IMG/VR virus record: IMGVR_UViG_3300042484_002120
Coordinates: 1-54,110 of that record
Reading direction: 5' to 3' (one strand)
Length of the DNA: 54,110 nt
Source: a virus
Lineage: Duplodnaviria > Caudoviricetes
The notes below the pieces were generated by a model. That model saw only the letters and a program-made list of their open reading frames with translations, ran no database searches and was not told the origin of the DNA. Below, piece after piece: positions 35,586-49,179 of the stretch (position 1 is the stretch's first letter; every line of letters begins with the position of its first letter). The position numbers were made by a program, and so were the translations under genes.

Positions 35586-37592
35586 CTAAATATTTATAAG
35601 AACGTATGCTGACCCAGAAGAGGCAGCAAAGTTGTCTGAATCTGCTGTTAGACCTGCGCGAGTGTCGTATGTAATTGTACCCGCTACCGAGTCACTAACT
35701 ACGAGAATAGCACCTCCGCCACCTGCGCCGCCTCGCTTGCCGGTTGTTCCCGTACCGCCTGAGCCACCTGCTCCGCCTGTGCCACCTGCTCCTCCGGAAC
35801 CTCCGGAACCGCCTGCTCCTCCTGCTCCGCCTGCTCCTCCTGCTCCTCCTGCTCCTCCTGCTCCGCCTGCTCCGCCTGCTCCTCCTGCTCCTCCTGGATA
35901 AACGGTTGGAGGGTTTGCTACTGAAGTTGGAGCATTGGGGTGGTGGGACCACGTGTTGGTTCTGGTTGGGGAGTGAGAATGCGCACCATGAGCGGGCGTG
36001 TGGGCGTTGGGATGAGTGTGATATTCATGGGTTGAATGAGGTGTCCAATGATTATCGTGACCTATGAATCTCCCGTGATACCTACGGTCGTCGTGTCCAC
36101 CCTCACTGCTGGGATGACTGTGTCCGCCATGTCCGTTTGGCTTTGCATGGTAATGAGGGAATGGATAGTGATGACTTAACTGAAAGTAAGCATGCCACCA
36201 GTGAGGGTTCCAGTGATGCGAGCCACCATGGGGGCCATCATTGTGCGGATGGTGTTCATGTCCATTGTGATGATGATGTGGATTTGCGTGGTGATGCGGA
36301 GTTCCTCTATGAAAGTGATGAGGGGTCGCGTGGGCATAATGGTGACCCTTGATATCTGAAGCATGTACGTGTTCCTGAACGTTTTCGTGCTGTTGAGTAT
36401 GGGCTCTTGTGGCATGACCATGAAAGTTTGAATGATTTGTGTAGTGGTGATGATGGGATGGATTATGTGTTGCAGCATTTGGGTGCGTATGTGGCGCGTT
36501 GTGAACACTCAATGATGGAGCGGAGCCTCCAGGACTTCCAGTAGCACCAGTGCTTCCAGATGCCCCAGCAGCGCCAGCGGCTCCAGATGCTCCTACCGCT
36601 CCAGATGCTCCAGATGCCCCAACAGGACCACTCGCTCCAGATGAACCCGTTGCTCCTGATGAACCTGATGAACCAGTTGTACCCGAAGAACCTACGGAAA
36701 TAAACTTTCCTGACCCAATAATGTGTTTAGCGACCACACAGACGATTCCTCCACCAAGACCGCCTGCTCCTCCAGCGCCGCCTGCTCCTCCTAAACCAGG
36801 GGAGCCAGTTGCGCCAGGACTACCAGAAGAACCAGGACTACCAGAAGAACCAGGGCTTCCGCTTGCTCCACTGCTTCCAGTTGCCCCAGCAGTACCCGAC
36901 GCTCCGACAGAACCAGGATTACCCTGTCCGCCAGAAGCACCAACTGTTGTTGCTGACGGTCCATATGAACCTGTTGCTCCAGGGGAACCTGTTGCACCAG
37001 CAGAACCAGGACTACCAGTTGCGCTAGCGGGCGTACCAGTTGCTCCAGCAGAGCCAGTTGCTCCAGGGCTTCCTGTGGCACCTGCGCTTCCTGTTGCTCC
37101 AGGACCTGTTGCTCCAGAAGGGCCTTGTGAACCAGATGCGCCTTTAGACCCTCCACCAATAGGAATCATCCCTGTGGTGTGCATGAACACTCCACCAGAC
37201 ATTGCGTTGATGTCTTTGTATAGATATTCAGGAAGTGCGGTTATTCCAGGGCTAGTTCCGCCTCCACCTTGTCCACCAGCACGATAAGTAATCGCGGATT
37301 GAGAATGGCCTTTGACTGTTCCGTCAGAAACGGTAGATGCGGCTTCACCAACTGTCCCAGAAGAGACAGAACCAATTCCGATGTAGCCATTATTTGTAAG
37401 AGTGTTCTTAACAAAGACTCGGTAGCCATTTGTATTGAGGAAAACGTCTGCATTAATCACCAGATTGTTATAGAACATGTCTGACGTAATCGCTGTGTTT
37501 GATGTTACGACTACGTCGCCGTCCCCACCATGTCCGTATATTTCGTCATTAGCAGCACGAGCAACGCTTTTTTCAATTCTAGAAATAGCCAT
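35586..37592 (-). CDS. Gly-repeat structural protein with His-rich insert
   Basis: GXX tracts (GAT/GSP/GSS), ~190-aa His-rich segment, (GAG)n tract; termini similar to 37594..38358. Confidence 0.8.
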   Translation of the reverse strand: MAISRIEKSVARAANDEIYGHGGDGDVVVTSNTAITSDMFYNNLVINADVFLNTNGYRVFVKNTLTNNGYIGIGSVSSGTVGEAASTVSDGTVKGHSQSAITYRAGGQGGGGTSPGITALPEYLYKDINAMSGGVFMHTTGMIPIGGGSKGASGSQGPSGATGPGATGSAGATGSPGATGSAGATGTPASATGSPGSAGATGSPGATGSYGPSATTVGASGGQGNPGSVGASGTAGATGSSGASGSPGSSGSPGSSGSPGATGSPGLGGAGGAGGAGGLGGGIVCVVAKHIIGSGKFISVGSSGTTGSSGSSGATGSSGASGPVGASGASGAVGASGAAGAAGASGSTGATGSPGGSAPSLSVHNAPHTHPNAATHNPSHHHHYTNHSNFHGHATRAHTQQHENVQEHVHASDIKGHHYAHATPHHFHRGTPHHHANPHHHHNGHEHHPHNDGPHGGSHHWNPHWWHAYFQLSHHYPFPHYHAKPNGHGGHSHPSSEGGHDDRRYHGRFIGHDNHWTPHSTHEYHTHPNAHTPAHGAHSHSPTRTNTWSHHPNAPTSVANPPTVYPGGAGGAGGAGGAGGAGGAGGAGGAGGAGGSGGSGGAGGTGGAGGSGGTGTTGKRGGAGGGGAILVVSDSVAGTITYDTRAGLTADSDNFAASSGSAYVLINI
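35755..35895. repeat. 9-bp tandem repeat (CCTGCTCCT/CCG) encoding Gly-Ala-Gly
   Basis: Directly visible tandem array. Confidence 0.85.
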
Positions 37593-37593
37593 A

Positions 37594-38357
37594 TCACACC
37601 TGTGACATATAGTAGACGGTTCCTGGGTTTTGTCCAGTTACATCAGTGGTTATTCCAGGAGCCAATACTTCAGCAGAAGAAACGATGAGAATTACTCCTC
37701 CGCCTGCAGGGGCAGTTCCCGGCGCTTTGATGTAAGCCGTGCCTGACGCTGGTCCAGAAATGTAGCGAGCAGCAATGATAACTATTCCGCCCCCAACTTG
37801 ACCTAGTCCGCCAGCACCTCCACGCAAAAAGGTAGGACCACCTGCAGCAGTGACGGAATAACCAGTAATTGCTTGTCGTGGAATTCTGAAGTAGTTAGCG
37901 CCACCCATTGATGAGTGGGGAACAGTTGCCAAGACGCCAGTCGCGGCTCCACCTAAAGAATGAAGTACTGGTTCCAGTATTCCTCCGCCCTGGGCGATAG
38001 AGCCAGCGGTTGCAAAACCGGTCGTGTAACCAATCGTTGAGTTGGTTCCCATGAACTTTAATGTGCCCTTAACGAAGATTCTGTATCCGTCGGGCTGTAG
38101 GCGGCAACTCGTATTGATGGTCAAATCGTTGAAGTACATATCGCGCGTCATTGTATAGACACTCGCAGACGGAGCCATGCTTAGGACTGTCGTGGTTCCG
38201 TCAAGTACAGCATCGCCGTCAGCGCCTGTTCCATAAACAGAGTCAACGGATTCGTTAAAGTAGGCATTCCAGACTGTTCCATCAAATTGCCAACTCTTAG
38301 AGCCGACAGTAAATATTTGATTTACATACGGAGAAGCAGGAAAAGTAATCGCTGGCA

Positions 38358-38358
<1 letters not shown>
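37594..38358 (-). CDS. Gly-rich fibre-associated protein
   Basis: MPAITFPASP module; YGTGADGD...MYFNDLTI...GYRIFVKGTL shared with the next gene. Confidence 0.7.
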
Positions 38359-41935
<3,577 letters not shown>

Positions 41936-41948
41936 TCAGGGCCAAGCA

Positions 41949-42137
41949 TTAAGCTTTCTTGCCGAATGCTTTATCGTTTGGATTCAGGTAACGCATGATA
42001 ACAGGGAGACCAGCTGCCCAGAGAGCATTTGCTGCCATCTTGATGTCTCCTGTTGAAACGTAAACCGCGACTGCTGCACCAAGGACGCTTCTTGCGTACG
42101 ATGCTGCCATTGCTTTTTGTTCTGCTGTGATTTTCAT
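41949..42137 (-). CDS. Small membrane protein, possible holin
   Basis: 62 aa, two hydrophobic stretches, basic C-terminus (RYLNPNDKAFGKKA). Confidence 0.5.
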   Translation of the reverse strand: MKITAEQKAMAASYARSVLGAAVAVYVSTGDIKMAANALWAAGLPVIMRYLNPNDKAFGKKA

Positions 42138-42145
42138 GTTTTTTC

Positions 42146-43483
42146 CTATCCAGTTACGACGATGTGGAAATCGTCAAGACCAATTAATGAGCCATTAATT
42201 GTTACTACGACTGCGTCTAGGCTTGAACGAACAACATCGCAGTTGACAGTTTCTCCAGTAGACACTTGATAAACCTGAACAAGGACATTCTTTGTATTGA
42301 ATTTGTGCGTGACGGTCGTGACCGAAGTAGTGCCAGAAGAAGCAGCACATGGCTGATGAGCAACACGGGCAAGTACTGAAGGGTCTGTAGTTACAGCACC
42401 AGCGCTTGTTTTGATACCGAGGGCTAAACGAGCATCTGCGGCAGTTGAAGAACCAGTACCACCATGCTCTACGGCAACATCTGTGGCCGCCCATGTTCCT
42501 GTTGCGATTGTTCCAAGAGTTGTAATTGATGTTTGACCAACATAGTCAGCATGAATGTCAATTGCGTCTGAGGTGATTTGTGTTCTGTTGGCAGTTACGT
42601 TGACATTGATTGTATTTCCGTTTTGAGAAATACCATCTCCGGCAGTAAATGAGCCGGCACCAGAAAACTGGGTCCACGCAATGCCTGTTGAGTCAATTGT
42701 GATTGTTCCGTTTGTGGAGACAACAAATCCCTTGTCGGAGTTGACAGAACCTTCTTCAACAAAGGTAAATGTTCCAGGCTTTAGTTCACCAGTATCGACT
42801 GTTCCGTTTGCGTCAGAAGAACGAAGTGCGGTACCAGAAGCAACGGCTACGTAAATACCGTTTTCGGCTGCGGCACCACCAATTTGGTTTTTTACAAGTA
42901 CACGGTCGCCAGCAACAAGCTCTACGCCGTCGATTTCGTCGCCAGCCTGAAGGTCTGCTGTTAGGTCAACTGCAGCAGTAGTTGCAACTCTTACTGACTG
43001 CTTGACGTCAAGACCCTGACGAGCGGCGTCTACATATGCCTTTGTGGCAATATGTGCATCCAGTGTTGGGGTGGCAACCTTGGCCCGGCCGCTCGCGTCA
43101 CGAATTATCAGTTTGTCTGCGGTTGCTTCGGCAGTAGCATCACCAAGTTTTGTAAAATCTGCTGCAGTTAAAAGACCCGCAATTGATGATGTCGCAAGTT
43201 CTGGCGTGATAGTTATCTGGCCATTTGACTCATTTATTGTAAGAGCGGTAGCGTTTGGCCCGCCGGAAACTACAGCATTAGCAGCCCCACCAGTTTGACC
43301 AGTTGACGCAAGAAGCGTTCTCCACGCAGTGCCGGACCAAACCTTGATGACGTCTTCGGCCGTATTGTAGATTGTGCGACCTTCAAAGTTACCAGACGTT
43401 GGGTCTATAGCCCAGAACTCAAATTTGGCATTAACCAGTTCGTTCTGATTTAGGTCAATATTTGTAAGAAATTTTTGTGCCAT
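42146..43483 (-). CDS. Virion structural / fibre-base protein
   Basis: ATKAYVD...LDVKQSVRVATT...GDRVLVKNQ...ENGIYV...FTFVEEG pattern common in phage fibre proteins. Confidence 0.65.
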   Translation of the reverse strand: MAQKFLTNIDLNQNELVNAKFEFWAIDPTSGNFEGRTIYNTAEDVIKVWSGTAWRTLLASTGQTGGAANAVVSGGPNATALTINESNGQITITPELATSSIAGLLTAADFTKLGDATAEATADKLIIRDASGRAKVATPTLDAHIATKAYVDAARQGLDVKQSVRVATTAAVDLTADLQAGDEIDGVELVAGDRVLVKNQIGGAAAENGIYVAVASGTALRSSDANGTVDTGELKPGTFTFVEEGSVNSDKGFVVSTNGTITIDSTGIAWTQFSGAGSFTAGDGISQNGNTINVNVTANRTQITSDAIDIHADYVGQTSITTLGTIATGTWAATDVAVEHGGTGSSTAADARLALGIKTSAGAVTTDPSVLARVAHQPCAASSGTTSVTTVTHKFNTKNVLVQVYQVSTGETVNCDVVRSSLDAVVVTINGSLIGLDDFHIVVTG

Positions 43484-43495
43484 TTTTACTCTACC

Positions 43496-43813
43496 TTACG
43501 TGAGATATGCTTTACCAGAAAACGCCGCAGAAAACGTCACCGTAATCCGAGTATTACTATTGTATTGTACCTCACCAAATACATGGGTATCTGCAGAATC
43601 CACGATGGTTACCTGTGGCCTGCCCCCAAGTGTGTGGTCTATTACCCAAGTTTCCGATGCTGAGCCTTGAACAAACTCAAGTCGTCTGGTGTTTGCCGAA
43701 GTTCCGCCAATTCCACCGCCCCTGACCAACACCTGGTTTGGTGAGTCTTGATTAATTAAAACCTGGTTTGGCGTATCCTCGTTGATGTTTACTTGGTTTG
43801 GGACATTGCTCAT
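43496..43813 (-). CDS. Small structural protein
   Basis: WVIDHTLGGRPQVTIVD...ITVTFS..FSGKAYL beta domain. Confidence 0.55.
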   Translation of the reverse strand: MSNVPNQVNINEDTPNQVLINQDSPNQVLVRGGGIGGTSANTRRLEFVQGSASETWVIDHTLGGRPQVTIVDSADTHVFGEVQYNSNTRITVTFSAAFSGKAYLT

Positions 43814-44181
43814 CTAGTAACTTCCTCGGACAGAGTAAAGCTTCCTTGTACAACCCTAGACACCACGCCTTCAAGACTTACTATTTCTAAGTCATAAACT
43901 CCGCTACTAGTTATTCCTGCGGTTACTGTTGCGCTCATTATTAAAATAATTCTTCCATCTTCTGCAACTATTTCTATACGGCCGTTTGCTGTAGTCAGTT
44001 CTACGATTGTCGTAGTTGAAGTGACAGTTCTTCTGACTTGCATTCTTGCAGTGAAGCCCTCGAGGTCATATGGATGAAAAATGGTTGGGTCTACAGGGTC
44101 GGGGTACTGAAGGTCGATAATTCTAGAGAAGGTCGCCCCTTGTTGACAAAATATGTTGTATACGCCTGCAATCATGGCCAA
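43810..44181 (-). CDS. Ig-like fibre-attachment protein (BppU N-terminal-like)
   Basis: QGATF...DLEGFTARMQVR...GVYDLEI...RVVQGSF...EVTR; first gene of the minus-strand block. Confidence 0.55.
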   Translation of the reverse strand: MAMIAGVYNIFCQQGATFSRIIDLQYPDPVDPTIFHPYDLEGFTARMQVRRTVTSTTTIVELTTANGRIEIVAEDGRIILIMSATVTAGITSSGVYDLEIVSLEGVVSRVVQGSFTLSEEVTR

Positions 44182-44358
44182 CTCCTAGAGATTCTTCAGT
44201 ATTCATTGTAGTTGAGAGAAAACCCTTCAATAGCAAGTAAATAATGGTCTTGACCCCAAACTAGCACAAAGAATTCAAAGTCTATGATTTTTGCTGTTTG
44301 TCAAAATGGTAAAATTGTTTTGTCTTTGGGGCAACGACTATCGCATTTGGGGAAATAG

Positions 44359-47300
44359 GTGTCATTTTTGGGGAACACTAGAATAAAAATTAGAAAATCG
44401 GCTTGGATAAACATGCCGGTGATTCTTCTATCTTTATTCACTTCTGTTTTTAGTGTTGGAGCTTCGGCGTCAACAGTTATTACGAATGGCGGCTTTAATG
44501 GCTCTAACGGCTGGACCATAGTCCAGAACGGTGGAAGCGGGATGGCCTTCAATAGTGCCCTCCAGTTTTCTTATGCAACGGGAGAAGTCAGCCAGTCTTT
44601 CACCGTAAGCCCAAATGAAACTGTAGAAATCTCGTTTACTGTTGACAACTCAACCACAAACAGTGTTGGTCAAGGGGCGATTGCAGATGCATGGAACGCC
44701 ACACTTACTGCTGGTGCAACAGTAGCAAGCGTGGGAAGGTCGACGGCCCACAATCAAGAAACCTTTACATTGTCACTAAGCGTCCCAACTGGAGTATCTT
44801 CTGCGACCTTGAACTTCAGCGGTGTGGACAATGGGTTCTGGTCGGGAGTCTATGGACCCATAATCGACAGTGTTTCAGCCAACATAACGCCAGCACCCTT
44901 TGTTGCGACAGGATACCCAGCAGACCAACAGTGGGAAGCTGTCACTTACGGCGCTGGAAAGTTTGTGGCTGTTGCTTCTTCTGGTGACGGCAATCGTGTC
45001 ATGACTTCAACAAATGGTAATTATTGGACCTCAAGAACGTCTGCCTCAAATAGTAACTGGCAGGGAATTACGTATGCAGATAACCAGTTTGTTGCAGTTG
45101 GCTCAAATGCCGTAATGACCTCGCCTGATGGAATTACATGGACATCAAGAACTGCACCAAACGGCGAGTGGCAGGCAATCACAAACTGCGGTGGTCTTTA
45201 TGTTGCTACTGCAACATGGGGAAGCAATTACGTTATGACTTCTACTAACGGTTCCGACTGGACCATTAGAACACCTGCACATGCGTGGTCACATGATGCA
45301 GTGGCCTGTAGCGCAGAAGTTCCACGATTTGTTTCCGTGTCTCAGTTTGGTAGAGGTTGGTCGTCAGCAGACGGAATTTCTAATTGGTCTATTCAAAATC
45401 CAGGCGCAATCGTAGACATAAGAACGGTTGCGTTTGGTGCTGGTCGTTTCTCGTGGCTTGAATACAGCACAAATTCAGGAAATAGATATGGTGCGTACTC
45501 TACAAACGGAGTTAACTGGACAAACACAGCAAGCGCCCCAGCCAACCAGTGGAAATACATTACATATGGTGGAAACAAGTTTATTGCCGTAGCAGAAGGT
45601 GGAGTTAATTCACGCTCTGCTTATTCAACCGATGGTGCAAACTGGACGCTTGGTTCTGGAATTCCAAACAACTCATGGCAGGGTGTTGCTTATGGGGCAG
45701 GAAAATACGTTGCGGTAGCAAACTCTGGGACAGGGAACAGGGTTATTACCTCTGCTGATGGTCAATCATGGGAAAGCCTTTCTGTTAGTTACCTTAACCC
45801 GGTACAAAATTTAACTGCGACAGCAAACAGTGACGGAAGCGTAAGTCTTGATTGGGATGCTCCAGAGGCAAGTAACACTGAAATATACGGATACTCAATC
45901 AACTTTGTTGACTACGACGATGGTGTTGAGCGTGGTGGATGGGGTATCTGGACAGTTGCTGCGAATACGTCTTATTTACTTAATGATTACATGTTTACTG
46001 GAAGCAACCCGGTTACTACTGGGTACGGCCCTGTCCGTTTCAAGGTATACGCAATGACTGGTCCGTGCGCAGGTGTTGGAAGTGGTTCCTGCATGTACGG
46101 CCCAAGCACCAGTGCGGATGCAGATGTTGTCGAACCTGTTCCGTCTACAACTACAAGTAGTAGCAGCACTACTACAACTACTGAACCGGAAGTCGTTCCT
46201 CCGCCTATTGAAATACCTCCAACAGATAACACCACTGTCTCAATTCCAGAACTAGAAACACCAATTTCCCCAACCACAACAACCGTTATTGAAACAATAT
46301 TTAACCCACCAGTGGAGGTAACCCCAGTTGAGACACCCACGAGCGAAGGTAACGCCGAAGGTGATGGACCCGCCGCCTCGGTACCACAATATGCCCCAGA
46401 ACAAGAGACAACAACACAAACGGATGAACCGGCGATAGTTGTTCCAGCAGATACCCAAGATGCAGCTGATGCTGCAGTTGCGGATATTTTTGACGGCCCT
46501 ATGTCTGATGCAGGACTTGCAAATGCAGTTGACGATTTGGTTGCAGATGCCGGAACACCAGAACAATTAACCGCCGTAGTTAATTCACTTCTTGACCAAG
46601 AACTAACAGACACGCAATTTTCTACAGTTATTGATTCGGTGTTTGATGGACCTATGTCTGACGAAAACTTTTCTGCTGCAGTTGATGCCGTCTTCGCAGA
46701 TACTTCAGTATTGAGCGACGAACAGTTTGACACCGCGGTGCAAGCAGTGTTTGATGGTCCTTTGTCAACCGAACAGTTTGGCGATGCTCTTGAGGCTGTT
46801 TTTGACGAACCGATTTCTGATGAAAAGTTTGATGCCATTATTGATGCCGTTTTAGATGAACCACTTTCTGACGAACAGTTTGAAGAACTTGTTGGTGTCC
46901 TGGAATCAGACGCAGTTACAGAAGAACAAGTAGCTGCTGCGGTTGATTCGGTTATCGAAGGCGGCGTTACAGAAGACCAAGCTACAGAACTTGCTACCAG
47001 CGAAAAGGTTTTGGAGAGTATCGACGGCGAGCAAGCAGCAGAAATCTTTGATGCTGTGGATATCTCAAATGTAACACCAGAAGAGGCTGCGGCTTTAGTT
47101 GAAGCTGTTCAGGGGGCACCAACCGAAGTTAGAGAATCAATGGAGTCTGAAATTAACGTATTCGATGGGGCCATCGACACGTATGTGCCACTTGGTTCTG
47201 CTGTCGACGTTGGAACACGAAGAGTTGTTGTAGCAGCAGCGACTGCTGCAATGGGTATGACCATGGCAGGTGGAGCTCCATCTGCGCCGTCTGCACCAAG

Positions 47301-47391
47301 CGGACCAAGCGGTAGTGGTGGAGGCGGCGGCGAAGGCGGCGGTGGACCATCTGAAAATAAAAAAACTTCTAATAGGAGGAGAATAAAGTGA
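44359..47391 (+). CDS. Large exported multidomain acidic protein
   Basis: Signal-like N-terminus (VILLSLFTSVFSVGASA), W..(V/I)TYG.GKFVAV repeats, FN3-like unit, Pro/Thr linker, ~17-aa acidic repeats. Confidence 0.75.
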   Translation: MSFLGNTRIKIRKSAWINMPVILLSLFTSVFSVGASASTVITNGGFNGSNGWTIVQNGGSGMAFNSALQFSYATGEVSQSFTVSPNETVEISFTVDNSTTNSVGQGAIADAWNATLTAGATVASVGRSTAHNQETFTLSLSVPTGVSSATLNFSGVDNGFWSGVYGPIIDSVSANITPAPFVATGYPADQQWEAVTYGAGKFVAVASSGDGNRVMTSTNGNYWTSRTSASNSNWQGITYADNQFVAVGSNAVMTSPDGITWTSRTAPNGEWQAITNCGGLYVATATWGSNYVMTSTNGSDWTIRTPAHAWSHDAVACSAEVPRFVSVSQFGRGWSSADGISNWSIQNPGAIVDIRTVAFGAGRFSWLEYSTNSGNRYGAYSTNGVNWTNTASAPANQWKYITYGGNKFIAVAEGGVNSRSAYSTDGANWTLGSGIPNNSWQGVAYGAGKYVAVANSGTGNRVITSADGQSWESLSVSYLNPVQNLTATANSDGSVSLDWDAPEASNTEIYGYSINFVDYDDGVERGGWGIWTVAANTSYLLNDYMFTGSNPVTTGYGPVRFKVYAMTGPCAGVGSGSCMYGPSTSADADVVEPVPSTTTSSSSTTTTTEPEVVPPPIEIPPTDNTTVSIPELETPISPTTTTVIETIFNPPVEVTPVETPTSEGNAEGDGPAASVPQYAPEQETTTQTDEPAIVVPADTQDAADAAVADIFDGPMSDAGLANAVDDLVADAGTPEQLTAVVNSLLDQELTDTQFSTVIDSVFDGPMSDENFSAAVDAVFADTSVLSDEQFDTAVQAVFDGPLSTEQFGDALEAVFDEPISDEKFDAIIDAVLDEPLSDEQFEELVGVLESDAVTEEQVAAAVDSVIEGGVTEDQATELATSEKVLESIDGEQAAEIFDAVDISNVTPEEAAALVEAVQGAPTEVRESMESEINVFDGAIDTYVPLGSAVDVGTRRVVVAAATAAMGMTMAGGAPSAPSAPSGPSGSGGGGGEGGGGPSENKKTSNRRRIK

Positions 47392-47561
47392 AAGCTTTAA
47401 AAAAAATAGCAAAAGAATTTCATTCACTTGCATGGACACTCGCTGGTGCAGTAACGGTTTTAATAACCCTTTCTGGCGACACAAGAACAATGGGTATGTG
47501 GATATCTGGAGTTGCGTTAGCTGTTCACTTGCTTGGAATCGTATTCAAAAAAAGTGAATAA
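47388..47561 (+). CDS. 57-aa two-TM membrane protein (not in ORF track)
   Basis: GTG start overlapping the previous stop, AGGAGG RBS; MKALKKIAKEFHSLAWTLAGAVTVLITLSG...VALAVHLLGIVFKKSE. Confidence 0.7.
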   Translation: MKALKKIAKEFHSLAWTLAGAVTVLITLSGDTRTMGMWISGVALAVHLLGIVFKKSE

Positions 47562-47685
47562 ATAACCGCAAGTATTTACACCCCACATAGGTGCGCCTTT
47601 TATTTTGCCGCATTTTAATGAGGTACAATGTTGAAACGTTTTTGTAATACAAAACGGTCGCACAACCATACGCACGGAGACTTTT

Positions 47686-48216
47686 ATGCCAAGAAAATAT
47701 TCCTATTATCCAAGTTTTGACGGAAAAAAAGCCCAAGAGGGCACCCTAAAACTCGTTGAACTCTGTGGAAAAAGATGGAAAGCCACCAATATGGGGATTT
47801 ATTCCCCAAGATTGATGAGGAACTCTCACACTGCCGGCAAGAAGATTGGCGACCCTGGCATGGAGAAGTACCTCAGCGTTCACGCCACTGGAGCCGCATG
47901 TGACGTTGGTTACACAGACCGCAAGGTTGGTGTTGAAATGTGGAACTGGCTTCTCAAGTACACCAAAGAACTCGGGATTGAAGAGATTCATGACTATGCA
48001 TTTGATGCTGATAAGTCGGACAAGAATGTTGGCTATGGTCGCGGCTTCAGGTGCTCAAGAGGAGAAAACGAGGCTGGGGTAAAAATTTTCACCGAAAAAG
48101 ATAATGCTGGAAGTTTTGGCGGTAAGTGGTTGCACATAGAACTTTCTCCAGAGATGGCAAAAGACGCTGCAAAGTTTGAAGCAGCATGGCGTGCCCTTCC
48201 TAAGCCTGGTGCATGA
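47686..48216 (+). CDS. Probable endolysin, M15-like Zn peptidase
   Basis: SVHATGAACD (SxHxxGxAxD) and WLHIE; followed by small membrane genes. Confidence 0.7.
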   Translation: MPRKYSYYPSFDGKKAQEGTLKLVELCGKRWKATNMGIYSPRLMRNSHTAGKKIGDPGMEKYLSVHATGAACDVGYTDRKVGVEMWNWLLKYTKELGIEEIHDYAFDADKSDKNVGYGRGFRCSRGENEAGVKIFTEKDNAGSFGGKWLHIELSPEMAKDAAKFEAAWRALPKPGA

Positions 48217-48222
48217 TTCAGA

Positions 48223-48450
48223 ATGGAAGCAATCACAGTTGCTCTCATCACTTTAGTCGGTGCCGTACTAGTTGCCCTTGTAGAAAAGGGACGACGTGAA
48301 AACAAATCTGACCATGGAGTTGTTTCAGAAAAGCTTGACATTATTGGCAAAAGTCTTGGAAGGTCAATCGACCGTGTTGAAGAGACCGTTGTTCGTAACG
48401 AAGTAAAGCTTGACCAACATATTCGTGACCATGTAAAGGGAGATGTCTGA
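48223..48450 (+). CDS. Single-TM protein, lysis-module associated
   Basis: N-terminal hydrophobic helix plus coiled tail ending LDQHIRDH. Confidence 0.55.
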   Translation: MEAITVALITLVGAVLVALVEKGRRENKSDHGVVSEKLDIIGKSLGRSIDRVEETVVRNEVKLDQHIRDHVKGDV

Positions 48451-48698
48451 TGGCCGGTAAAAAACCAGCAAAAGTAATGGCAAGCCAGACAAAACAGATT
48501 GTTCTGGACCCAGCAATATATGGAATCTCTGTCAAGTATTTTGGAACAAAAAACTCACCAATGGTTTGTCCAAATTGCAAAAGAACTTCCGTAAGAGGGA
48601 TGATTAGAGTTCGTGGAGAAGAAATGCTTTGTTCACTGAGATGTGCCGAACAATCATCTAAAATTAGTACACAAGATTCAGGAGATGAAGCAAAATGA
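48450..48698 (+). CDS. Small zinc-finger-like protein
   Basis: CPNC...CSLRC. Confidence 0.55.
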   Translation: MAGKKPAKVMASQTKQIVLDPAIYGISVKYFGTKNSPMVCPNCKRTSVRGMIRVRGEEMLCSLRCAEQSSKISTQDSGDEAK

Positions 48699-48964
48699 GC
48701 GAAAGTCCACTATTTAAGGCACGTCAAGCAGAGCTGGCGAAGCGCGGCGTATCTCGTACTGCTGTAAACGTACAAGAAATTATTGCTGAAAAAGAAGAAC
48801 AGATGAAGGCCTTCAAGGAAGAAGCAAAGAAAGCCAAAAAAGCTGCAGAAACCGCCCAGGAATCAGAAGTTCCAAAAGAAGTTTTTCCTCCAGTTCTAGA
48901 GAACAAAGCAATCCAGCCTGAGGAAGTAAAAGAAGAAATCAAGGAAGATGAGGAAATGCTGTGA
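48695..48964 (+). CDS. Lys/Glu-rich hypothetical protein
   Basis: ATGA coupling; low complexity. Confidence 0.55.
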   Translation: MSESPLFKARQAELAKRGVSRTAVNVQEIIAEKEEQMKAFKEEAKKAKKAAETAQESEVPKEVFPPVLENKAIQPEEVKEEIKEDEEML

Positions 48965-49179
48965 GAAAGCTAAGCCCAGAAGAAAGAGCAGCAAAGAAGG
49001 CAGCCGAGGCAGCCGCACCTGTTTCTCAGCCTGTTGAAATCAAAGAAAAGCCTGCAAAGAAGAAGAAGCAGGAAGAAGAGCCAGTTGCTGAAGAGCCCAA
49101 GGTTGAGGAAGCACCTGCAGAAGCAGAAGCTGCCGTAGAGCCTGAAGCAGAGAAAGCTGAAGAGACTCCTGAGTCGTAA
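48961..49179 (+). CDS. Glu/Ala/Pro-rich disordered hypothetical protein
   Basis: GTGA coupling; low complexity. Confidence 0.55.
   Translation: MRKLSPEERAAKKAAEAAAPVSQPVEIKEKPAKKKKQEEEPVAEEPKVEEAPAEAEAAVEPEAEKAEETPES

Noticed and set aside
35632-37287. Pro-rich or Arg-rich alternative ORFs (35632..35901, 35695..35952, 36550..37287)
   Set aside because: Antisense or out-of-frame shadows of Gly-repeat codons in the real gene.
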